Part shown: piece after piece, positions 1 to 10,400 of the stretch
How positions within the stretch are numbered: the first letter of the stretch is position 1
Layout of the letters: each line of letters starts with the position of its first letter
Source of the DNA: Raillietiella orientalis
Lineage: Eukaryota
Length of the DNA: 64,000 nt
Assembly: GCA_036172245.1 (NCBI GenBank)
Contig: JAYWIR010000008.1
Location: 1,550,001 to 1,614,000 of the forward strand
Reading direction: 5' to 3'
Notes under the pieces: model-generated
Databases searched by the model: none
Seen by the model: only the letters and a program-made list of their open reading frames with translations
Told to the model about the DNA's origin: nothing
Program-made: the position numbers and the translations under genes

Positions 1-274
1 GGAGGAATGCGATGAGGAAGGGGATAGAGCCGCCGCGGCGACGAGGGTGCGCTGAGAGACGGCTCCGATGACTGTTCAATAGGAGATCCTCGGGCCCGCC
101 AGCTCCTGAAGAGCACGAGTTCCTCCCGAAGCAGCTCACGGATCAGTCTGAATTCCCACTTCAGAATCTCCCTCTGAGACCTCCCCCTTGGGCTGGTTGA
201 TGGAAAGTTCACCCAGCCCCTGCAGTAATGGAGGATTTTCAGGACACCGAGAATCCAGGGGTGTCCGGAGGGAA

Positions 275-417
275 GGAAGGGGGGGGAGGCGGTTCGGCCA
301 GGGGACGAAAAAGGGGCGGGACTGTTTCTCCGGGAGAGACAAACAAAGGTGGAGAACCCACCATCCCAGAAGACTTGCCCCAGTCTTTCGGGTGAACCAG
401 ATCGCGGGATGCTGCAC
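275..417 (-). mobile_element. Fragment of a DIRS1-like element (methyltransferase-like region), a diverged inverted copy of 2764-2905
   Basis: The reverse complement aligns by eye at roughly 75% to 2764-2905. It translates to LFVSPGETVPPLF versus IFVFPPVETVPPLF in the other copy. Confidence 0.55.
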
Positions 418-1049
418 CCAAGAGGAGTGGGATTTCCCGGGTCGCTTCCTTGATCCGTGGAAGCGGCGTCTCCTACGGATCTCGCAGCCCGCGAAATTGT
501 GCCTCCGACCTCCCACGGGACCAGCCGTTCTCTTCAGTTCCTTCATGTTCCGTCGGCCCCTCTCGGCTTCCCCCAAGCTCTTTCGGCTATTCTTTTCGCT
601 CCATTTGTCCTTTCGTCATGGCCTTCGTCTCTACTCCAGCGTGTTCCTGCTGATTCGAAACGCATGGGTGGGTGGAGGGGGAGGAAAAGAGGACGCCGAA
701 GAAGGAAGCCTTGGGATCCAACGCCACGAATGGGAGGGGGGAAGGAGAGAAAAGAAGCAGCTGGAAAGGAGGGGAAAGAAGAAGAGCTGTGGATAACGAT
801 GAGAAGGAGGGGATGGGGAGAAAGTCGAGCGGCAGTAGGAAGGAGGAGAGGGGGAGCATCTCTCACCCAACATCCTGGGGAGGAACGCTGCTCGCAAGAA
901 CGCGCGCAGCGTTCCTCCCCAGGAAGTCCTTCCGAGACGCTCCATCCCTTTCCCTAACATCCAGTCCGGGCAGTGGCCTATCCGCCCTTGGCGGACGCCG
1001 TGGCGGAACAAGAAAGCCGGAAAGCGGCCGTGCCAAGCAGTATCGGGTG

Positions 1050-2905
1050 CGGGAATGTAGCCCGCCGGCCAAGTATGAGGGGCTTTTTACCGCTACCAGA
1101 AAGGGGTGTTGCGCGAGTCTTCCGGGTCTTCTGGGCCCTTCCTTCCGGTGGAGAAGAAGAACGGGGTCGCACTCTCTGGATATGGGAAGTTCCTCGTAGG
1201 TCCTCAACCTCTTTCGGAGAGAGGAAGGGGGTTTGACAAGGGTGGGAATCCTTCGTCGGATGGTCCCTCAAAACGCGGAGGCATCCGGCCTGCTCCTTGA
1301 AGGGATGAAGGGGGGGGGGGGGTTTCGGCACCTCTGCACGGAGGAAACCAGCGCCATGTGCGGATGTAATGTGGCGAGGCTAGGGAGGGACCTCAAGAGC
1401 CGACCTCCACGCTCCCTCGCCGTTCCCTGCGGCAGAGGAAACGAGTTGCTAGGCAACGCAACGATGCTCCTGCTTCCGGTGAAGGCATCCGAGATCGAGA
1501 GCGCGCGAACGCAATCACGAATCCGCAACACCTCACTCCCGGATCTGGGCTGCATCGAATGGGAGACACTGCGGGGACACAAATGATCTCTCGAGAGATG
1601 TTTGATGATTCGAAATGGACCAGACGAATCATATCGACGAGGAAGAGGGATAGAGAAAGATGAACGATCCGGGTGCACCCGGGTGACTGTCCTGATGCCC
1701 GCCCGTCAACTTTTCCTCAGTTCCTGCTGCAGAGTATTCCTGCTGGCGATTGGGTCGGAATGGTTCAGCATCCTCCCACGTTCATTTCACTCTTGAAGAA
1801 GAGCTTCCCATGTAAAGTGAAACCTCCGAGCATCCCACAGCGGACCCATTTTGACGGTGCATCTCTGCTTTTCTTGCGCGTCCTTCGTCTGTTGCAGGCG
1901 ATCGCAAGGTTCAATCCCTCGCTCAGCTTCCTCCTGGAGTTTATGCCCGCCCCTCCCAGAGAGACACTCAGTATCCTATCGAAATCGATCTGCCCCAAGA
2001 AGCGATTGTACGGCTTCCCCTTTTCCAGTTTTTCCCTCTGCGACTCGGGAAAGCCGTGAGACGAGCCCCGAAGAACGGTTCCTCTTGGCATCTTCCCCCT
2101 CCCCCCCCCCCATTGAGTCCGCGACCACTCTCGGCACTTGGCGACGAAGGCGCATCTTCCTGGAAGCACGCGCGAGAATACGAGTCGGTTCCCTCCCGCC
2201 GCCCGCCGCCATCCAGATCGCACTGCATACGCGCGAAGTTTCCCTTGCTGACGACGCCGTTTCGCTCCTCCATCTTCGGAGGCGACCTCTCTCTCAGCAT
2301 GGAGAGATACCCAGACAAGCAGAAAGCATGGAGGAGGAAGGGAAGGAGGGGGGGGGGGGTGAAGGGGGACACAGCATCTTGAGCCGCATCCGGATTCTCA
2401 TCTCTACAAAACAAAGAGCATTCCGGGAGACGCGGACCGCAGCAATAAAGTCCCCAGATGAGCCTCGCGGGCGGACGCGCGCACTCTCCCGGAGGACAAA
2501 CAGACGGCACGCCGATTGCGCTCGTGCAGTAAATGCCAAACGCAGCAGCAGCAGCACAGAACCCTCCCCTTACCCCAACCCCCTCCCTCTCCTCCTTGCT
2601 TGGTCTATGCTTCCATCTGGGTGAGCCCGACTGGGGACGACCGAACGGATTCCAGAAACGAGGGAGCCATTTGCATGCCCGGAGTCCCAAGAGTTTGCCT
2701 GCTCCGAACTTGTTTGCCCACGCAAACGTCTGGACAAAGAGGTGGGCGGGAGGCGACCGTGCGCGCAGCATCCCGCGATCCGGCCCGCCCAAAGGACCAG
2801 GGCAAGTCTTCTGGGCTGGTCAGTTCTCGATCTTCGTATTCCCGCCAGTGGAAACAGTCCCCCCCCTTTTCGTCCGCTGGCCGAACCGTCTCCTCCCTCC
2901 CTCTT
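1050..2905 (+). mobile_element. Degenerate DIRS1-like (tyrosine-recombinase) retrotransposon: RT to MT-like region
   Basis: Colinear degenerate motifs across frames: KYEGLFTATRKG (~1071, cf. GFYSxLFxVPKK), SLAVPCG (~1412, cf. LPFG), IPAGDWV (~1736, cf. YLDDWL), KKSFPCKVKPPSIPQRTHFDG (~1796, cf. GFxxNxxKSxxxPxQxxxFLG), PAPNLFAHAN (~2698, cf. PxIDLFASxxN) and IFVFPPVETVP (~2830, cf. YAFPPxxLIP). Confidence 0.6.
1441..1745 (+). repeat. Left arm of a ~300-bp inverted repeat
   Basis: Base-by-base match to the reverse complement of 2910-3209, with about 9 substitutions and one 4-bp indel. Confidence 0.97.
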
Positions 2906-2909
2906 TCCT

Positions 2910-3209
2910 AGCAGGAGCACACTGCAGCAGGAACTGAGGAAAAGTTGACGGACATCAGGACAGTCGCCCAGGTGCACCCGGATCGTTCATCTTTCTCTAT
3001 CCCTCTCCCTCGTCGATATGATCCGTCTGGTCCATTTCGAATCATCAAACATTTCTCGAGAGATCATTTGTGTCCCCGCAGTGTCTCCCATTCGATGCAG
3101 CCCAGATCCGGGAGTGAGGTGTTGCGGATTCGTGATTGCGTTCGCGCGCTCTCGATCTCGGATGCCTTCACCGGAAGCAGGAGCATCGTTGCGTTGCCTA
3201 GCAACTCGT
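2910..3209 (-). repeat. Right arm of a ~300-bp inverted repeat
   Basis: Reverse complement of 1441-1745. The outer 156 bp are identical between arms. Confidence 0.97.
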
Positions 3210-6000
3210 GACTGAGAACGAAAATGGCTGCTCAGCAAAACAAATTAACGAAAACGCGAACCCTTGCTGCACGCTTAAGTGTCAGCACTCCCACGAGCGA
3301 AACTGCCGAAAGACTCTAACGCTAAAGGGCAGCTGATGTGAGACCCCAGACATCTCTGAGTTTGACCTTCAGAGGGTGGTCAGGCCTGTAAGCTGATAGA
3401 AGAAAGAAGAAATGCAGCAGCGGAGCGCCGTTACGGAGTCTCTAGGATCTCTTTATCTTGTCCTCTCACTTGGCATCTCCGTTCATGTGAGCTCATAGCG
3501 GCTCTCGGTTCCTCATCGCTCAGCCGTCTTCATCTCGCGCCAGAGGTCATCTCAAAAATCTCATTTGAAGAAAGAAAAAAACATTTGAAACTGGATACTC
3601 CCTGGAAACCACTAAGAGGGAATGGATCGAGACTCGACCAGGAAAGGTCAAGTGTTGGGGGAATGTCGCCAGCTCAGGCTACCATGATTCCGGAGGTCCA
3701 TTCGGATGTGGCCGTCACTTTCTCACCCTCCGGCGATGCGCGCAACCGTGGCTAAAGTCGTTCCAAGATGTATCCCGGCCCAGCGATCGGTCGGAGAGCC
3801 ATGAGCTTGGAAGATGTTCCAGCGCCAGCTTTCCGCTGCTCCGCCGCCTCCGCGTGAGCCGCTCCTTCGGCGAAGCAGAGCAAGGGCAGAGGCGGCAGCC
3901 GGCTCTCGGGTGCTGGGAGACGCAGCTGCCCTCGAGAGAATTTCCCTCGCCCGAAGGGGGCCGCTCCCGAGCTGATGAATAATTTGCTGCCTTCGGCACG
4001 GGACTTTTCCTTTCGGCGGGGAGGGAGAGGCGGGAGCGATGAGCGATGGCCGACGTCTGGGGGAAGCGGAAATTGTGAGAGGAGAGGGGAATGACGAGCT
4101 GGAGGGAGGGTTCGGATGGGAGAAGCGCTCCTTCTTTGAGTGGTCCCGAGCTCTCGACGCAGCTCTACAACCCCATGGGAGGGACATCCCTGGGATACGC
4201 TTCCCTTCGGGTTCCGAAATAGGGAGGGAAGGAGGACAACTCGGTCGCCGAGCCCATCTTCCAGGCATTCATCCAGGCATTTTCACACCAATTCCCTCTG
4301 ATGCAGAAGGGAGCAGAACGTGGAAAACACGGGTTGGTTGCAGAGGTCTTCCACCCCCCGTAGCCAGCGGAAAACAGTAGCTGGGAAAACCGAGAGTGTT
4401 TGGGGGTTAGTGGAAGGAAAGTGGCAGAGAATCCCTAAAATCCACCGTTGCTGAGGGAAGCGAGACGGCCTGCCCGGCGGCCTTCTTCCTTGCCCACTCA
4501 AGCCGTAGGAGAGGTTGCGCAGCTTTTGAGAGGAAGGCTGCTGAGCGTTCCTTTGTACAGAAGGTGGCGCCTCTGCTGAAACGGCCGGGAGCCATCGGCA
4601 CCGAAAACAGACTCGCTCCAGGAAGGACAACGGCAGAAGGCATACCAGGTTCGCTCCATCATGTTGAGAGCCTCGGCGTCGTGGAATCTCCCATGGATCC
4701 ACCTAAAGGAATAAGGGAGTCTTATCGGCAGAGACATATTCGATGCCCCCAGTGGAGCACACGCATCGAAGGAGGCATTCCGCTGGGTGAGCAGCACGCG
4801 TCCAGACTCCAGACTCTCCTTCCTCCTCCCAGCATTTTTCAAACCCGTTGCTTGGTTTTCGAAAGGGGAAATAAACGGACGTCACCAAGTATCGTGACGA
4901 AGGCAGGATGCCGCAAACCAGGGACAACTGGCTGTTCCGAATAAGCAGGCAAGGTGGGCATTTTCGGGAGTAGGTGTTGTGGAATGCCTACTCAACATCT
5001 CGGCTCTTTCGAGAGAGAGAGATTTCTTTTTGCCCGAGGTGTTCAAGCATCTCCCACGAGGTCGGCCCCTCTCAGGCAACTAGGATCCCGTTTCAGGTTT
5101 CGGCTTCCGAGTGTTTCGATGCGACATCGTTGGTGTCTTCGTAGTTCATGAACTGTCTGTTACTCAGTTTTCTAGTCCACAGACCTCGTTCCTTCAACCT
5201 CCTTCGGAAAGGTGGAGGTCCACGAGCCACAGCTCTGAATCTCCCTCGCGAAGTTTACCTCGTCTTCAGCAGGAAGAAGTTCGAGTTCGATTGCTTCTTC
5301 TGCGAGCGAAGGATGGTCTTTGAGCAAAGCCAACTGCCTTATGCGAGAGTGCAAGTCTCTTCCACCTACCCCCTCCTTTGGATGAGAGTTGATCTCGACA
5401 GGGGGGAGTGCCACAGGCTGGGATACACGGATTATTTGAATGAACTCCGAACACAAACGCGCTCTCCTTTCCCAGCCTGTGCACTTCGTTCTTTCATGCT
5501 CCTTGTTGCATTCCGGGCTGCAGTTCCTGCTTCACTCCTGAAAGGGAACCGTTCGGTTTGTTGCTAACTGCGATGAGGGCAGAAGCATCGACGCTCATAT
5601 TCTGTCTTCCGCTTGGCCAATCGCCCAGCCCAAAAGCCCAAAGGGTCAGATGAAACCAGTCCAGAGTTCGAGGCGGTGAACCTTTTCTGATCCTAGGGAA
5701 TGGTATCGATCACATTCCTGATAGGGAGCCGGGACCTTCGTGGTTAGTGTCGGGAGCTGGACTTTGTCGAGGTGGACCTGCTGCTTTAAGACGAAGGGAG
5801 GGTTACTGTGCTGGACGTCGCTGTCCCTTACGAAAGTTGTGCAACGGAGCATCGAGGAGTGCCCTCAGCAGGAAGACGAGAAGACAGGTCGGCTGGGTTA
5901 CCATCCGCACGGAAAACACCCTCAAGAATCGCAGCCTTGCTATGAGGACGAGTCCGGAGGCAGCCCGGCTTCGAGGATGACAGAAATTCCCTCCTGACCA
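3210..6000 (+). mobile_element. Degenerate near-full-length RLE-type non-LTR retrotransposon (R2/R4/NeSL group)
   Basis: Ordered remnants: Zn-finger-like FGCGRHFLT (~3701), RTWKT (~4315), KAYQV (~4636, cf. KAFDSV), GIPLG (~4774, cf. GVRQG), RQLGSRF (~5074, cf. KYLG), AHILSS (~5592, CCHC knuckle) and VDLLL*DEGRVTVLDVAVPYES (5772-5837, PD..D restriction-like endonuclease). Confidence 0.7.
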
Positions 6001-7499
6001 CTTCCTTTGTTTATATTCCCAGCCTTTTGTTCATTTCAGCAGACTGTGATCAGACGTGGATAAAACAAAGACAACGAGGTAGAGGGATTGAGCACGTCCC
6101 GGGGGATCGCGCTAGGCTGGCTCTTGCTGCTTCCTCGTTGCGCTTCCTTCCGAACTGACGAAGCGGTTACTGTGACCTCACCGAAGTCTGCTCAGCGCCA
6201 CCTAGAAGATGCGGATGCATCCCGCGAGCATATTCCTGACGCCTGGAGTCTTTGCGGGCACCTGAGACTGGTAGCCCTCTTTTCCGCGTCTGACTCCAGC
6301 GGGAGAAAACGGGTAAGGAAGGAGTGTTGCCACTTTCTGCATTCTTCGAGACGAGACGGTGCCTTTCTGGCTGCCTCGCTTTGGACAAACTCCCAAGAGG
6401 ATCTCTCCAGGTGTTTTCTGGTGCCCGCTGAACTGCCGCGTCCTTACCTACCTCCAGAGGGTGCTGTTCTGTTGAGAAGTTGACCTACGGGAGTCCTTTC
6501 GAGATCTGATCCGGTGTCCGGAAGAGCGTGCTGGAGTTTGATGATTTGGCGAAGCAGCTAGCTGGAATCCATCTTGCAAGCTCCGGGACGAGAAGGGTTG
6601 GCTCAGTGCTTCCAGAAACGCGGGAGAAGACTGTGCTTCGAGCGTCTTCCGGGTTCTCTGGGTCGTTCCCGGAGTATGCGACAGTCCCACGTTTCGGGAG
6701 GTGGTCCGCCTCCATGCGCGCCTCGGCAGATCCCAGCGAGGAGTCGTCTCCACTGAATCCCCTCCGCCCCGTTGCCAAGGGAGCGTTCCTACTTCCCCTT
6801 CTTCCTCCCCTCCTCCCCCTTATTCGTGCCACCATTCTCCACCGCTCGCCTACCGGCCGAAGGCGCCGCCAAAAACTCGTAAACCCTTTCGATCTTCGTC
6901 CGGTCCGGTTTGCTCCCCGGACGCCCGTCTGCACACCTTGGAAGGCGGCGGATGCACAGGGAGAGGCCGATTCTCTTCCCTCTCCCCCAACAAAGGCCGC
7001 CTCTGGAGCTTTTGGGGCAGACCCTGCTCGCTCGGGCCGGACGCTGCCGCCGCCGCCGCTGCAAACATTCCGGTAAACAAAAGAGGCGCAAGTGCTGCTC
7101 GAATTTCAGAAAAGAATGGAGAGGAACCATTCACCCGCGATAGGAGAAGAATCACCCAAGAATGAGAAGAATGCGAGGAAAGGTGCGGGGCTGAGGGACC
7201 GTCGTCCCAGGGGCCCGCCTGGTGCAGACGGCGCGCCGTCCTGTAGACGATTCTTCTTCCCCTTTCCTTTGATCCCCGTCGGCGCGTCTTCCCGTTGCCT
7301 CCTGCCGTCCTCCGCCTCCATTAGAGTCCATTCCGCTCTTCGCTATCTCGGATGCCGCAGCTCCCTTCGAGCCGGGTGCGGCCGCGGGACCGAACCCGTG
7401 CCGACTCGAAGACGGGAAGGCCTCTGCCACTGCTCCGTAGGGGCCGCCTCCGCCTTTGGCGCTCTATGATAGTGTTTCTCCCCTATTCCGGTTTGCAAC

Positions 7500-7720
7500 G
7501 TCGGCGGCCACAAGAACGACAGAAGCGAAGGAGGTCACGGCGACGACAACGGCCGGGCGACGACGGAAAGGACGGCAAAGGCGACCGCAGCAGTGAGGGC
7601 GCCGACAAGAACGAGGAGGAGACAGCGAGGGCGAGGGCGATGGGCAGCAGCACCGACACCGACTCCGGCAGAAACAACAACAGCTGGGGCGGCCACGATA
7701 ACGGCGGTAGCGGAGATGCG
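7500..7720. repeat. Cryptic trinucleotide-type low-complexity tract (GAC/GGC/AAC/AGC)
   Basis: Run of degenerate triplets, e.g. gacgacaacggc and aacaacaacagc. Confidence 0.6.
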
Positions 7721-9949
7721 GGGCGCGCATGGAGGAGGGGGAGGCTGCGTTTCCCCGATTCGCTTCTCAAACGTTCCTTTCCGGAACGCTTTTAGTCCGC
7801 GGGATTTCACTCGCACGAAACCGTGGGTCCCTTTGACGGGAAACAAAGGGGGCGAGGCCCAGAGAACAAAGGGCCCTTTGTCAGTGCCGGTGTGCGATGC
7901 TGGATTCGTCACACCGGAGGCTGGGCCGGGAAAGTTTTCTTGCAGAATCCACATAAATCGTTACAATTTGGGGATCGATTTGACGACATCGTCCTTTTAT
8001 TGCTCGAGGGAAATTGGTCACGGACTTGTCTTCAGACCTTCCTGGAACGGAGGAGCCCCGGAGCTGCACTCTCCTCCTCCTCCCATCATTGATTTACGAG
8101 GTGCTGTTTATTATGGCGTGATTGGGAGACGTGGCCTGCCCCTCCCGGTGCGAGCAGCGCGGGAAACAGGCAAAACAATCGCCCCTGGGTGGATGCGGAA
8201 CACCCGTGGCTACAGGCGACGTCCTGGGCGCAGTAGCGGCTCTCACGAAGAGTCGGAGTCCTCCGCGTGCGGCGAGACTCCTGTCCCAACGTTCCGCAGG
8301 GTTTCCTTCGGGAAGAGTAGGGGTGGTGAGCGTTTCCCTGCTCCCCCTTCCCTAAGGACGAGAGGAGGAGGTTCCGTTCCTCGATTCTCCCCGACACGCG
8401 ATGGGGCAGCCTCCTACTCGCGTCTCCAACCTTTCCCAGGTCCCGCGCTCAGCAGCAAGAAGCGCAAAGCCGGCGGACAGCAGCGAGAGGAGAGTGGCGG
8501 ACAGCTCCCAAAGCGGGGGAATCCTGAAAACCCCCCATCCTCCCAGGAATTCTTCCGTAAAACTCCCAAGCGAATGAGCCCTAGGTTTTTAGGTGCGCAT
8601 CTCCGCTGCCGGACAGCGGGAGATGATGGTCGCAACAGTAGCGTCCAAGGGGAGCGGTCCCGCCGACCAGCACGGTGCGCTGATGTCCGCCTCTCGGGAG
8701 ACTCCCTCGTGCAATCAAAACAGGTTGCCAGGCTTTCTGCTTGGGACGCGAGGATCCGAACGGTTCTTCCATGTTGATTTTTTATTTTTTGAAGCAATGG
8801 GGAGGGAGAGGGAGGGGAGAGGAAGGGAGCTGAAGTCTCGAACCCTGGCAGAGGACGCCGCTTTCTCCATCCGAAAAACTGGAAGACTCGAGTTCAAGAG
8901 GGGGAGAGGGAGCGAAAGAGACGGATTTTGCATGAGAAATGGGAAGGCGTCCGCTTCTGCGTTTCACATCGGATGATCTGAAATCAACAGAGGTCATCTT
9001 CAGCACGTTCATCCGGGACGGCACGATGGTGGGAGGCAGCGGCGGGCGCACGGTTGCAAAGATTCGTTGCTCCACAGCGGATGATGTTTTCAGCAGACAT
9101 CATCTCTCACTCCTCTGAGAGGACCCGAACGCAAAGGCATCCGCCTCTCACCAGCCCATCTTCGCGATTCAGCAAGCCAGTTTCCAAACCCAGAAGGCGC
9201 GCCTCGAGGCCGGGAGAAGGTGGGTGGGACTGTTTACACGCATCCGGTCAGCTCTGACCGGAAAGGACTCGAATTTCTCTGTTTCACAAGAAATTCCCCT
9301 CTTTTAGGAAGAGGAAGTTCTTCCCTGAAGCGGCCAATCCTGTCAGCCGGAGGAAGAGGGAGAAGAATGGGAGGAAAGGGGATGAGAAAGGGAGGAGGAA
9401 GGAGGGAGCAGATCGGCTCTGGAGAACCAGAAGCTCTCCAGTAGCCGAATAGTACTTACCGGAAGCAAACGGACGTGGTCATCAGCTGCCAAAAAGCGAC
9501 TGTCTCTTCGTCCCCGTGCCGGCGTAGAAGCGGACACGAAGAGTTTCTTCGTGCCGCCGCTGATGGGCGTTCTGTTCGGCTCTGTGAAGCCAGCAGAATC
9601 TTCTCAGTTGCCGTGGGAGAGTCCACATCGAGCGGCATCCTCCTCCACGGTCCCTTCTCTCCAATCTCTTGCCCTCTTCAGCATCTCTCCACAACCACCG
9701 AAAAGCCAAGCCTCAGCTCCACCTACTTCCACCTTACCCAGCTTCGCCAGCCTCCTCCCGCCTACTACGTTTTGCTCTCTGAAAGAACTAGCACGCCTGC
9801 AGACAACTTCCGCTTATCCGCCAATGGACAAGAGGAATTTGCGAGCATCCACAAGAGCCCCTCTGTAAGTCCCGTTTCGAGGCGTCCAGAACATCCCTCA
9901 AGGAACGGAAAGGACTGGAAGGGAAGCATCCCTAGGGAGCGCCGGAAGC

Positions 9950-10400
9950 CCGAGCAGCGGCGAATTCGTTGCTCCTGCCCCCGATTTCCTCTTCCTTCCC
10001 ACCTGTTCAACCCCCAGGGAAGAAGGAAGGGGTGGTATTGCTCCCTGTTGGCCACTTCTGGTCGCTTCGCCGGAGGCTCGGAGCTCGAGAGGCTCTCGCA
10101 GACTACAGGGAAACCGTCGAGCATCTTCCCATCACCGTCGGAATCAGGAAGGGTTGCCTGGAGGCACACAGAGCTGCTGGAAAGATCCCGTGGTCTGCTC
10201 AGGTTCTCTAAGGGTTGCTCTTGGGGCCCAACGTCAGCGCGTGCCATCAATCCTGGGAGCGAGATCTTGAGATCCTCTCTGAGGCGCTCGGAACGCTTCC
10301 GAGGGTGAGATGGTTGAGATCCCGTAGCCTACCCCCTCCGGACTACAAAGTGCTGCAGGGATCCAAGAGGTTGCCGCCGTCTGCCTCAGGCGCCACGCTT
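9950..10400 (+). mobile_element. Possible DIRS-like RT fragment
   Basis: KGWYCSLLATSGRF (~10027, cf. GFYSxLFxVPKxxGxxR), then ELERLS, GIRKGC and RSLPP in the expected order. The matches are weak. Confidence 0.35.

Noticed and set aside
1441..3209. DNA transposon with 300-bp terminal inverted repeats
   Set aside because: There is no TSD and no transposase, and DIRS motifs appear to run through the left arm boundary. It is kept only as an inverted repeat.
6400..6560. EVDLRESFRDL as a DIRS/LTR RT motif
   Set aside because: It is a single motif without convincing colinear neighbours.
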